This document shows, piece by piece, positions 27,590 to 40,495 of a DNA stretch of 64,000 nt. Source of the stretch: Octopus vulgaris (lineage: Eukaryota); contig OX597837.1 of assembly GCA_951406725.2 (NCBI GenBank), forward strand, positions 33,542,001 to 33,606,000. The letters run 5' to 3'. A program made the translations under genes and the position numbers. Position 1 is the stretch's first letter. Every line of letters begins with the position of its first letter. Below the pieces are notes generated by a model, which had not been told where the DNA came from, ran no database searches, and worked only from the letters and a program-made list of their open reading frames with translations.

Positions 27590-27621
<32 letters not shown>

Positions 27622-29079
27622 GATAGATAGATAGATAGATCCTATATGTATATATAATTTTGATAGGCAGAAGTTAGTAGACACACATAGAATATATGTA
27701 CATTGTACACACACACACATATATGTATATATTGTAACTGCTGTGTGTAGACTCACTCAACGTCGAAGTGTTCCTGGACAGTTTATGAAGTTTCCCCTGT
27801 AAAAGAGCACCACCACCTAAAAAAAACAAACCCACGAAGTAAATATATCTCTTTTTATACTTTTTAGTAAACCATTTATTCACACAAGCCACAAAACACT
27901 GGTGTCTGTCCGTGTAAAAAGGAAAAAAAAATCGACGTATATAATAATACGTGGCTCTCTCTATATAGGAATCTATGTTTTTGTTCAACTCCTCCCTAAT
28001 ATCCCCCCCCCCCCCACCGACGACATTCTCGTCACCTCCGCCGCCACCAGCACTGGTAATACCACCACCGCCAACACCAACAACAATACCACGAACACCA
28101 CTGACATTAACATCACCACCACCATCGCCGTTTAACACTTATGCATTAAAACCAATAACACCAACACCACCACCATCGCGAACATTACCACGTCTTACAC
28201 ATGCCTGCTTTTTACACCACAATAAGGTAAAACAAGTAGAGGTCATTTGCACTAAGGCTTTATACATAGACATTCACACACACACACATTCACATATGTA
28301 TATATATATATACACACACATTATATGCAAAGGTAAATAAGATATTTAGCAGTTCTATTTTTTGTTGACAACGAAGCTGGTTTCAACGCCTCATTATTTG
28401 TGTGTGTGTGTGTATATATATATATATTTATATATGTGCACACACGCTTACCTATCTTGCTCTGTTATTATTTTGTCTCACACTCACCTCATTCCACTTC
28501 TACTCCAACTTACACTCCACTTTCTACTCTACACTCCACTCCACTCGCAGCTTGTTTTAGTTCGGATGTAATGTTGTTCAGTTGTCAGCTAAACCTTCCG
28601 TCATCGCCACCACCAACACCACCGTCACCGTCAACAACAACACCACCACCACCATCATCATCATTATCATCGTCGTGGTCGTTGTGATAATCACAACAAC
28701 GTCTTTACTTACCTAAGTGGAGTACGAGGAAGAGGAGGAGGAGGAGGAGGAGAAGCGAGGGTAGGAGGAGGAGGAGGAGACAAACGGAGAAGGAGTTAAT
28801 CTTAACATTCTGTTACCATCATACAATTACCAGCGACGCGACAATAACAACAAAAACAACTGCTACGAGTCACCGCCACCACCACCAACAACAACAAACA
28901 ACACCGTTTCTGTTATTATCATTATTGTTATTGTTTTTCATGTGTTATAATATTGTCACTGTTGTTATTATTATCATCATCATTATTATTATATATTACG
29001 TCCATACCATACCGTCAGGCGTTTTTACCCCTCTACTATTTAGCACTATGTCGCCAATGTCACAACAGTAACATCACAT

Positions 29080-29192
29080 CTATATATATATATATATATA
29101 TAGCAAAAGCGTGTATATATATATACACACACATATATATATATATATACACACACACATATATATATATACACACACACATATATATATAT

Positions 29193-29225
<33 letters not shown>

Positions 29226-29339
29226 CACACACTATATATATATATATATACACACACACACATATATATATATACACACACACATATATATATATACACA
29301 CACACACATATATATATATACACACACACATATATATAT

Positions 29340-29370
<31 letters not shown>

Positions 29371-29445
29371 CACACACACATATATATACACGCAACACAC
29401 ACATATATATATATATAAATAAATGTTGTGATTATATATATATAT
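29080..29445. repeat. Alternating (TA)n/(CA)n compound microsatellite
   Basis: Direct reading. A similar tract lies at 45645-45980. Confidence 0.9.
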
Positions 29446-29965
29446 GTAGCGCTGACAGTAAAGACCAACTGACGAACCAGCCACCCAGTTAGCTACCCAG
29501 CCATCCTGTAAATTCTACCACCAACCATCACAATAGCAACAACAACGGTAACATAATACAACCAGCAATCTACCTACCTACCAACCCACCAACAAACCAG
29601 CCAACCCTGCTAGTCATTTGCAAATAATAATAACAATAACATCAACATCAACGTCATCTAGAACAATATCAACAACATTTGCAGCCATCTCCCAAGAACT
29701 TAATTATAATCATTATTGATAACAACAATAATAATTAATAGTAATGATGATAATGATAATGATGATGATAATTTAATCCACTCAGCTCGTCTCGCCTTCG
29801 TCTTTCTTTCTCTCTCTCTCTCTCTCTCTTTTTCTGCTACGCCTCAGCATCGCCACCATCGCCCTCTTCACTTACCGTTAAGTAATTTTCTTACTACTAC
29901 TACTGCTACTCATTGCTTCTTACGCTAGTGATGGTGGTGGCAGCGGGGTAATCCCTCCCACTCTC

Positions 29966-29997
<32 letters not shown>

Positions 29998-30419
29998 GCA
30001 CATACATATATACACACACAGCTACACAACTGCTCAGATGTAAACACAAATCAAACGTTAATAACGTCGTGAGGTAAAACGACGACGACCACCAGAACGT
30101 TGTCTGTAGGGTTTCGATTCCTAGCACAGGCAATTAACAATTCTTACCACTCTCGTGCCATCATCGTCGTTATTCTTACCATTGTTAATTAATTAATTAG
30201 TTAATTGTTGTACTAGTTCCAGTAAAACGCTGGAGGATCGATTTAACCAAGTACACATTTTATGCCCCCTTGCTATCATTATTATTGTTATATATATATA
30301 TTAATATTACTTAAATATTACCCCCATGATATGCCCTGTACTCCGTTTGAAACCGTGACTGACCAGTTTGAAATCTACAATTAATTATTTTTTATTTTTT
30401 ATTTTTTTTATTGTCGTAG

Positions 30420-30555
30420 GTTACGGTTTGAGTTCAGGATTTTGATTAACGACGGCAACAACAACCAGAAGAACATTTAAAACACAACAACAACAAACGC
30501 AAACCAAGCAATCTGTGTTATTGTTGAATATATATATAACATAGTAGAGGATATA

Positions 30556-30602
<47 letters not shown>

Positions 30603-30930
30603 ATGGTTGGTGGTTGTTGGCAGCAGCGCCAGCAGTAGTAGACGTAGTACTACTGCTGCTCTGCTGCGACGGTGGCTGCTTCTGCAGTGGACGAGCAGTG
30701 GAGGTGCGTACCAGTTGAGGAGGTGGAGGTGGCGGCGGCGGCGGGCGGCAGCGGAGGTGTAGCCGTTGTTGTAGTGGTGAAGAAGAAGAAGTAGATAGAT
30801 GGTGGTGGTGGTAGCGGCGGTATAACTACTACTGCTGCTGCTGCTGCTGCGCTGACTACTGCTGCTGCTGCTACTGGAGGAAGTAGTAAACCAAACATTT
30901 CGGGACACACCACGGATTTCTAACTCCAAC
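30420..30930 (+). promoter_or_regulatory. Putative UBE2H 5' UTR, GC/CpG-rich with trinucleotide runs
   Basis: Strong acceptor (long T tract, then ttgtcgtag|G) at 30419/30420 and a candidate upstream donor GAG|GTAAAA at 30073/30074. Contains (GGC)n, (TGC)n and (TAG)n runs. Confidence 0.45.
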
Positions 30931-30983
30931 ATGTCGTCGCCTAGTCCAGGCAAGAGACGGATGGACACCGATGTGATTAAACT
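30931..30983 (+). CDS. UBE2H: Ubiquitin-conjugating enzyme E2 H (Ubc8 orthologue), first coding exon, phase-2 end
   Basis: Translates MSSPSPGKRRMDTDVIK(L), matching the UBE2H N-terminus as I recall it (MSSPSPGKRRMDTDVVKL). Start context is ccaacATG. Similarity stops exactly at a splice donor after 53 nt. No downstream exon (IESKHEV...) was found in the window. Confidence 0.93.
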
Positions 30984-30993
30984 GTATCCTTTT
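30984..30993 (+). other. U12-type (minor spliceosome) 5' splice site, GT subtype
   Basis: CT|GTATCCTTTT matches the U12 donor consensus RTATCCTTT exactly, at the point where UBE2H homology ends. Confidence 0.9.
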
Positions 30994-31110
30994 AATTCAA
31001 TTCTAATTCAACTTCTTTCTTGTTTACCCCCCACACCTCTCTTTTATAAAACTGTGTTAACTATGTATATACGCATGTCTGTCAGTATATATATACACAC
31101 ATATAGGTAC

Positions 31111-31161
<51 letters not shown>

Positions 31162-31506
31162 ATAAACACTTGTGTGTTTATATCTATAGTTTATATATAA
31201 CTATAGAAAGATAAGTGGTTATATACATATATATACACACATTGTCTAATGAAAAAGTTTCGTGTCTATATATATATATATGTATATATACATTGCGTAT
31301 GTATATACACAATGAACTGTCATGTAAATTTATTAATTCATATATATATATATATACGCACACATACGCAGTAAACATATAGATATGTTAAAGCATATGT
31401 GTGTGTGTATATATACGTGTATAGAAAGATAAGTGGTTATGTACATAGGTATATATATATTGCGTATGTATATACACAATGAACTGTCATGTAAATTTAT
31501 TAATTC

Positions 31507-31539
<33 letters not shown>

Positions 31540-32237
31540 TACACAGTAAACAGATATAGATATATTAAAGCATATGTGTGAGTGTGTATATATATACGTG
31601 TATATAAAAGTATCTATTTGTATATTATATATACATGTGTATATAAATATACATAGACCAACTGGTTACGCTAAAACTTTAGTTATGAATCATCCTGATT
31701 ATCATATACGTACTTCTGATATAAGGGTTATGCGTATATATATATATATACACATATATATACCTTAAGTTTTATGATGTATATCTAATAAAGTATCGTA
31801 TGGATGTATATATACAGATATATATATATATAATAATAATAATAATGTTCGTCCTTCTGGTTCGAAGATGACCATTGACATCGTATATATATATAGCGTG
31901 TGTGTATATACGTTGGTCGTCGTTCTGTGAATGTATATATAAACGATATATATACGTTGCTTTTTTCTCTATATATGTATCGTTAACTATACACACACAC
32001 ACACACTCAAACCTTCATCATTTCTTCTTGTTGCCTTTTTCTATTTCAGTCAGCCTATTAACTCGACATACAGACACACACACACTTCTAAATACATTAC
32101 CCTGTGTGTGTGTGTGTGTGTATATATATATTTATATGTATGTAGAATGCGTATAAATACCAAATCTTTAAAAATCTCTTATCTCCCTTAGTTTGTGTTT
32201 ATTTTATTTTAGCTCTCCTTTCATGTATACACACACA

Positions 32238-32287
<50 letters not shown>

Positions 32288-32825
32288 GGAAGTGTACGTA
32301 CGTATGTAATATGGATTGTATGTATATAAATCTATGTATATGTAGCACGTATAGAAATGTCTGTATATATAGATAGATGTGTATATACAAATGTGTATAG
32401 ATATTTATACATGCCTGTATGTGTATTTATGTTTATGTGTACATGTAGATATTGCATTACTATTTTTATATATATACATATATATAATTACGTGTATATA
32501 CACGTATAAAAAAGTACAAGCTTTTAAGGGTCAAAAGAACACACAAATGGCTATATATATATATATTTAAACATACATGTCAAAATTCTTATATGTATAT
32601 ATAGCTTTTTGAGTGTATATTTCCGACCCTTAAAGCATTCATATTATACGTGTCCGTTCGTAAAAAGGAAAAAGAAAAAAACATCGAATTTATGAGTTCG
32701 TGTATAAGTATAGATAGGTATATGCGTATACATGTATGGAAGTGTACGTATGTATGTAATATGGATTGTATGTATATAAATATATGTATATGTAGCACGT
32801 ATAGAAATGTCTGTATATATAGATA

Positions 32826-33084
32826 CGTCTCTAGTAGACCTTTCCGTCGATTTCCGTAAAAAAACTGTCTGTCTCCCACACCCCATCAAACACACACACA
32901 CACATGTACATCAATGCTTCCCATGCACGGTAACTTCAAAAGAACTTCCCCCGTCATACAATCGCTTTCTCTTAGTCTCTTTCGCTCTCATTACTTCAAA
33001 AGTTCCCGCAAGCCCATATGTAAAAAAAAAAGAAGTTTTTTTACGGAAATCGACGGAAAGGTCTACTAGAGACGAAAGATTGCC
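32826..33084. mobile_element. Merlin-like MITE with clipped left end
   Basis: Same family. The right end GATTGCC is confirmed by a paralogous empty site at ~32388. Confidence 0.8.
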
Positions 33085-34094
33085 CAAATGTGTATAGATA
33101 TTTATACATGTGTGTATGTGTATATATGTTTATGTGTACATGTAGATATATACGTGCATGTATATGTACATGCGTATGTGTACGTATATTTGCGCTTGCG
33201 TGTGTGTATATATAATGTATATTCTCTGTCGATATGTAAATTGCTGCCCCAATTGCGTATACTGTATATATATATGTGTGTGTGTGTGTGTTTGTATGGA
33301 TATTACTGCTCCTCCCACCACAGCTGCTTTGCCTCCTCGACATCCCTTCTCTTTGCCACTCCAGCCTCTCTCCGCGCCCCCCCACACCTGTTTTCTGCAG
33401 TTACTCTCTAAAGATTCCTCTTCACCCTAGTGTATCGCTTCTCTTGCTGACCATAGCCTTGCACACTTTCTATAATGTTGGATTGCCCTTCGCAAACGCA
33501 CGCGATTTTCCTCCTCCCTTCTCGGTAACCCCCTGTCACTATTTCCTTCCTTTACTCTATTCTTGCCATTCTCTCACTCTCACTTAACTGCCTGCTACTC
33601 TCCTCACCATCACACTATCTCGACTATAAACTCATTCCTCTCATCTTACCATTCTGCTGCCTTAAATCTATTCTCTCCTGTGGCCTCCCTCTGTTATAGA
33701 GGGAGCAGCTTGGGCCCTGAGCTTTCAAGTTGAAAGGCAATCTGCAATCATGTTGGTGGCATTACAAAACCACCCAGTACGCTCTGTAAAGTGGTTAGCA
33801 TTGGGAAGGGCATCCAGCCATAGAAACCATACTAAAACGAACTTTGGAATCTGATGCAGAATTTCAATTCATCAGTTACTGGTAAGCAGTCCAACACTTG
33901 CCAGTATGGAAACTGGGCATTGAATAAGGATGATATGTTTGTGCGTACATATCATCATCATCATTTAGCGTCTGCTTTCCATGCTAGCATGGGTTGGACG
34001 GTTCAACTGGGGTCTGTGAAGCCAGAAGGCTGCATCAGGCCCAGTCTGATCTGGCAGTGTTTCTACGGCTGGATGCCCTTCCTAACCTATATAT

Positions 34095-34125
<31 letters not shown>

Positions 34126-35590
34126 ATGTTTAACTATGTATGTATCAGAGGCAACTCCAGGTCATCACAGACTTCACATAAGACGTATGCCTGCTTGAAG
34201 AATTTCACGTTTTTCCGCAATAATTCTAGCCCCAAATGGCTTATTTTTTAGTATCTAGCACTACGTCTTTCTCCATTTCCAAGTTAAGGTTAAAACTAAA
34301 GCAACCCTGCAAAACACAACTGGTCTTTATACACAGATGCACAAAATAACAGCATTCAAATAACGACAGCTGAGTTGACAACAAACATCAGCAGAAGTGG
34401 CTGTGTGGTAAGTAGCTTGCTAACCAACCACATGGTTCCGGGTTCAGTCCCACTGCGTGGCATCTTGGGCAAGTGTCTTCTGCTGATCACATCGACCCCC
34501 GCCCCTAGTACTTAACTGTCCCTTACAGTAATCCCTCGCCCTATTGTGGTTTATTATTTAAGCTTATGTCGATTCCTCTGTGGTGTTGTTTTGCATTTAT
34601 AATGAAATAAATACATAGGCGCAGGAGTGGCTGTGTGTAGTAGCTTGTTTACCAACCACACGGTTCCGGGTTCAGTCCCACTGCTGGCACCTTGGGCAAG
34701 TGTCTTCTGCTATAGCCCCGGGCCGACCAAAGCCTTGTGAGTGGATTTGGTAGACGGAAACTGAAAGAAGCCTGTCGTATATATGTGTATATGTTTGTGT
34801 GTCTGTGTTTGTCCCCCTAGCTGGTGTGTTTATGTCCCCGTCACTTAGCGGTTCGGCAAAAGAGACCGATAGAATAAGTCCCGGGGTCGCCTGTACTCTT
34901 GACAAGAGATACCAGTTAGTCTTTTACACCTACCAGGCTTGTTCATATTAGCCCGAGTTGGTGGATAATTTTTCCTTCCTTTAAGAATATTTTAGAACGG
35001 AAACTTTTCATAGATTGGAATTTAAATCCTAATCGCTATCAAAATTTATTGTTTCAAGAAAACATTGAATTTGAGTTACTTTTAACTTTTACAATTGTAG
35101 ATAAAAACTCTGACTGTAAACTCCTGAGCCCGAGTCAGGCACGTGTGAACGATATTGAGAGAACATCTGCTACGAATGATATTTTTTGACACAGGGCATC
35201 TCTAAGACCGCCAGATGCTGAACAAAATTAAATAAACTACGACCAGGCTCAGTAAAAGGAGCCCAACTTATTGACTGTAATTATATACTTGAAGTCAGTG
35301 TTGGCAGAAATTAAAATCAGCTTGCAAATACATGTTCAGTTTACTAAATTTATACTTGAGCAAAGCTCGAACAGCCCAAGTGCCGGACTTGCCACTGAGA
35401 TATATATATATATATATTATATTGAGGGTACTACTATTCGTAGATACCAACACGTAGATACCAATATAAATGAATATTTTCAAAGAGGAAGAATTTACGG
35501 ATTTTTTCTCTTACGAGGTTTTTTTCACGCTGACTACTGATAATTTCTTTTAAAGATTTTATCCTCAATTGTTAATATATATATATATAT

Positions 35591-36133
35591 CATCATCATC
35601 TTTTAGCACCCGTTTTCCATGCTAGCATGGGTTGGATGTTTCGACCGGGGTCTGGCATGCCAGGAGGCTGCACCAGGCTCCAGTCTGATCTGGCAGTGTT
35701 TCTACAGCTGGATGCCCTTCCTAATGCCAACCACTCCATGAGTGTAGTGGGTGCTTTTTACGTGCCACCGGCACAGAAGCCAGCTGAGGCGATGCTGGCA
35801 TTGGCCACATTCAGATGGTGCTTTTTACATGCCACCAGCACGAGTATCACAACTACAATTTCCATTTGATTTTTATTTTGATGTTGATGTACTTGACTCA
35901 GTAGGTCTCCTCAAGCACAGCAGGTTGCCCTACGATCCAAGGTAAGCACAGCAGGCCGTCTTGTGATCCAAGGTACTTTGGATGGGCTGGGGCTGCTATG
36001 TGAAGCTGGTACAGGAAACAGCCATGAACTCACGTTATTTGTTGGGTCTTCTCAGTCACAGCATATCTCCAGAGGTCTTGGTCTTTCATCATTACCTCTA
36101 TGAGGCCCAATGTTCGAAGGTCATGCTTGACCA

Positions 36134-36135
<2 letters not shown>
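35591..36135 (-). mobile_element. RTE LINE 3' end with (GAT)n tail; representative of about 20 truncated copies in the window
   Basis: ORF end MVKHDLRTLGL..MMKDQDLWRYAVTEK, then ~62-bp units, GGCGTTAGGAAGGGCATCCAGC-like motif and a GATGAT tail. Other copies at approximately 16357-16735, 18502-19030, 19478-19660, 20607-20885, 22643-22958, 33951-34087, 36368-36635, 39660-39872, 40495-40686, 46960-47158, 50480-50780, 53790-54085, 54688-55462 and 58394-58808. Confidence 0.85.
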
Positions 36136-36171
<36 letters not shown>

Positions 36172-36333
36172 TTAAAGTGTGTTTATGGGTAACATTTTTT
36201 TAATATGCATATAAAAGCACCTACTTCATGCCAGCTACAGCCTAATGATACCAGCTATCGAGGTTTTTGAGGTTACACTGAGCTGTACTGATATAATGTA
36301 TGATAAATCTACTTTACTACACACATACATATA

Positions 36334-36366
<33 letters not shown>

Positions 36367-36645
36367 TAGCACCATCCGTTCGTGGCCGTTGCCAATCTCG
36401 CCTGGCCCCCGTGCCGGTGGCACGTAAAAAGCACCATCCGTCCGTGGCCGTTTGCCAGCTCCGTCTGGCACCTGTGCGGGTGGCACATAAAAAGCACTCA
36501 CGGAGTGGTTGGCGTTAGGAAGGGCATCCAGCCGTAGAAACACTGCCAGATCAGACTGGGCCTGATGCAGCCTTCTGGCTTCACAGACCCCAGTTGAACC
36601 GTCCAACCCATGCTAGCTAAATGATGATGATGATGATATAGATAG

Positions 36646-36679
<34 letters not shown>

Positions 36680-36719
36680 GTATTTACATGTTCATAGATA
36701 TGCGTATATTAAACCTTCC

Positions 36720-38900
36720 CATTAACAAGTCACCAATAGCATTCCACCAGAAGCTTTCAAGTGTGCAAAAAACATCCTGTTGCACCACTTAGACACAATG
36801 TTGTGTGCATTCAGCAAAGAAGGAGCACTCCTATAGGACATAAGATTGCAATGCTTTCACCCTGTTCTTGTATAAAGGCTATGGAATTGATTGCTATAAC
36901 CACAGAGGAATCTTCTTGGAACGAGACAATTGGGCGTGGCTGCTTGGACACTGACAATCTGACATGGCTAACTGGATATTCAGTGTTTAGGTGACATTAC
37001 TTTTCAATGCTGGAGGCAATGCACAAGAGCATGTGTAAGATATACACATTTACAGATAAGGGAGAGAGAGATACATCACAATTTATTAACTGGATACCAC
37101 TGACATAAATACTTACCCTCTCTTCATATATATTAAGACAAGTATTGTCTCATAAACTAGGAGAGAAGGAATGAGAGAGACTGACAGACAGAGAGAAAGG
37201 ATGAATGATAATTTTTCTTTCCTTATATGCATAAAGAGAAATATACTTACATAAACTGGGAAACCTCAAAATGTCTGATGTCAAAGAAGTCAGCATCAAC
37301 TCAGCAATGCCAAAATGGCTGTTCCAAAACATATACCCAAGTCTTCTTGCTTAGCATCATTGGAAAGGTCTTTGTTCGTCCAGTCCCTAAACAGACTGGA
37401 AAATCAGTGAAAGGGTATAGTCTGGATATTAGTGTGGATTCAACCCTGACTTCTGCACTCAATCCAGCTCCCCTCCCAAGCTGGTGCAAATGAGCTCGTG
37501 GACAGCTGAAGGGGAACATGGAAGCACAATTCAGACCCTGTGCCTATGGTCTTTGGCAGTTGAACTGGGAGTGGGAATCCATCACAGCCTTGTCTGTTGG
37601 ATGTGGTCAGCATTTCTGAGGGATGCGGTGAACTCGTTGGTTGGAGCTACCTCGACCCAGCTAGGTGGTAAATGCCACTGCAAGTACAAAAAGTACACCT
37701 TAACGGACATGATTTGCCCTTGCCAACTGAATGGAAAATGTAGAGTGACTAAACCACTCTGTATTACTTTTGGTGACCTCACAAAGGCTTTGCACCTTGT
37801 GGGCAAAGATGCCCTGTTCCAAATTCTTGCTAAAATTTGGGTGCCTACCATTGCTACTCAGGATTGTTCAGTCATTCCACATGGTCATGAAAGGTGTCTA
37901 TACTTAAATTGCTTTGCCTCAGACTCCTTTTACAGTGGGGTGAAACAGGGCTGTCTGCTTGTATCTATCCTGTTTAGCATCTTCTTCACTGAAGCATGCC
38001 TTTGGAACAGCAACTGATGAAGTTTACCTCCTCACAAGATCTGATGGCAAACTTCTCAGCCTGTCTCAACTGAGGGCAAAAGCCCAAATATGAAAGATAA
38101 TTGTCAGAGGCTTGCTGTTTGCCGATGATGCATTCATGCAACACCTTAGACACAACCTCGCAAGATGTTAAGCCTGTCAAAGCTTTAACTTAACCATCAG
38201 TTTGAAGAAGACAACATTCTGAGCCAGAATCTTGAGCTCTCCCCTACCACCTCCATTAACAACTGTGAGCTAGATGAAGTCCATTAGATTATGTACCTCA
38301 GCTTAACCTTCAGAGACACCCATCTCCAGTGTCTGAGATCAGCAGATGCTTTGAGAAAGCCGTCTCAATACTAGCGAGAATGTTAACATGAGCCTTAGAG
38401 AACAGTAAGCTGGGTGGAAGCACTCCGTTGGTTATGACGATGAGGGTTCCGGTTGATCCGATCAACGGAACAGCCTGCTCATGAAATTAACGTGTAAGTG
38501 GCTGAGCACTCCACAGACACGTGTACCCTTAACGTAGTTCTCGGGGATATTCAGCGTGACACAGAGAGTGACAAGGCCGGCCCTTTGAAATACAGGTACA
38601 ACAGAAACAGGAAGTAAAAGTGAGTGAAAGAGTACAGCAGGGATCACCAACATCCCCTGCCGGAGCCTCGTGGAGCTTTAGGTGTTTTCGCTCAATAAAC
38701 ACTCACAACGCCCGGTCTGGGAATCGAAACCGCGATCCTATGACCGCGAGTCCGCTGCCCTAACCACTGGGCCATTGCGCCTCCATGAACAGTAAGCTAA
38801 TTATAAACACGCTAAGGTGTACAGAGCTTGCATTGAAACCGTTAGTATCTCATCCACATGAGCAGTGTCTCAACACATCCCACCTCTGCAGCTTAAGATG
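36720..38900 (+). mobile_element. Decayed RTE (BovB-like) LINE reverse transcriptase region
   Basis: Motifs IPPEAFK, LLSIIGKVF, LCITFGDLTKA, GVKQGCLL..ILFSIFF, TRSDGKL and LLFADDA, with frameshifts. Confidence 0.85.
38412..38786 (-). mobile_element. tRNA-derived SINE, same family as 17223-17614
   Basis: 12-bp TSD GAACAGTAAGCT at 38400-38411 and 38787-38798. Interrupts an RTE ORF. Confidence 0.9.
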
Positions 38901-39893
38901 AATTTTGAGCATCAAATAGACTTAAGTCACCAACAGCTTGCGTGCAGTTACCCAGCCTTGTCATCCTACTTCAAAAATGATATCACCACTGGCCGAAGGT
39001 GCCACACAACAGGACTGGACCTGAACCCATGTGGTTGGAGCAGTGTTAATGTTTATATATATGTGTGTGTTGTTGTCAGCATTAGACTCATATCTGAGTA
39101 AAACTAGCAAGTGACTGAGCCTCCTCATCCTGATGCATGTGAAAGATGTCAGGGCCTGAAGTGGCTGTTCAGGTCAAGAAGAACCCCGGGAGGGGGGGTT
39201 ATCATAGGAGAGAGTTGGTGGAGAAGTGCGAATTGCTCTTTGCAACTCTGATCTCTACCTCTTGACGTCTGTTATTTTCCATCTGATCTGTTCCCTTGAT
39301 GATGTGTATATGTATATAAGCATAAATATAGATTTATGCACAGGAGTGACTGTGTGGTAAGTAGCTTGCTTATCAACTACATGGTTCCAGGTTCAGTCCC
39401 ACTGCGTGGCACCATGGGCAAATGTCTTTCGACTATACCCTCCGGCCAACCAAAGTTTTGTGAGTGGATTTGGTAGAGGGAAACTGAAAGAAGCCCGTCA
39501 TATATGTGTCTGTGTCCCCCCCCCCCATCACTTGACAACCGATGTTGGTGTGTTTACGTCCCTATAACTTAAGTGGTTCAGTAAAAGAGACCGATAGAAT
39601 AAATACCACGCTTACAAGGAATAAGTCCTGGGGTTGATTTGTTTGAGTAAAGGCTCATTAGCTCCTGTTGAACCATTCAACCCATACCAGTATGGAAAAC
39701 AGACATGAAAAGCATCCAGTCACACTGTGAAGTGGTTGGCATTTGGAAGGGCCTCCAGCTGTAAAAACCCTGCCAAAACAGGCACAGAAGCATAGTGTAG
39801 TTTTCTACCTGTCTGTCTCCTGTCAAACCATCCAACCCATGCCAGCATGGAAGGCGGATGTTAAACAATGATACACATATATGCATGTGTATG

Positions 39894-39943
<50 letters not shown>

Positions 39944-40464
39944 TAAAACCTCATAATTTTATTTTATTTTTTACCATGGATGAATATCTTACTGAAGCAT
40001 TGTGTTATTGTGAGATGCTCTTCCTGTCACTCACTCTTACCTGTACTTCTACATATCTTCAAAGGTGCAAAAGCTGCAGGTAACTTTTCCACAGGGTCAA
40101 TGACTCTGATGTAACACTGACAGGTTGTGCAGTTGCTTGTCAGCATAGCCAGAACTGTGGTGACTGGTAAAAAAAGCTGTTCTGTATGAAAAGTGAAAGC
40201 AGGCTTCTGGTAGTGGCACCTGTTTCTCTTGCAGGAATCTCTTTGAAAAATGCTTTTGTGGGTGGATCTCTCAGAAAGTTCTGCACAAATTTGGAATAGT
40301 AAAATATATTGCACAGGTGTGGCTGTGTGGTAAAGAAGTTTGATTCTCAACCACATGGTTTCCGATTCACTCTCATAATGTGGCATCTTGGGCAAGTATC
40401 TTCCATAGCCTCAGGCTAACCAAAGCCTTGTGAGTCTACTTGGTAGATGGAAACTGAAAGAAGC

Positions 40465-40495
<31 letters not shown>

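Noticed and set aside
27975-28340. Proline-rich (formin/WASP-like) ORF; also poly-S/poly-A ORFs at 30477-30968
   Set aside because: Produced by (CCA/CAA/GCA)n triplet repeats, with no conserved domain or convincing splice context.
35075-35190. Possible UBE2H exon 2 after TTTTAAC...TTGTAG at 35100
   Set aside because: A phase-2 join gives CTA TAA (stop), there is no UBE2H similarity, and the branch point is a poor U12 match.
38526-38537. CCCTTAAC-GTAG U12-like branch point
   Set aside because: It lies inside a SINE (same motif at ~17343), is too close to the AG, and is not followed by UBE2H coding sequence.
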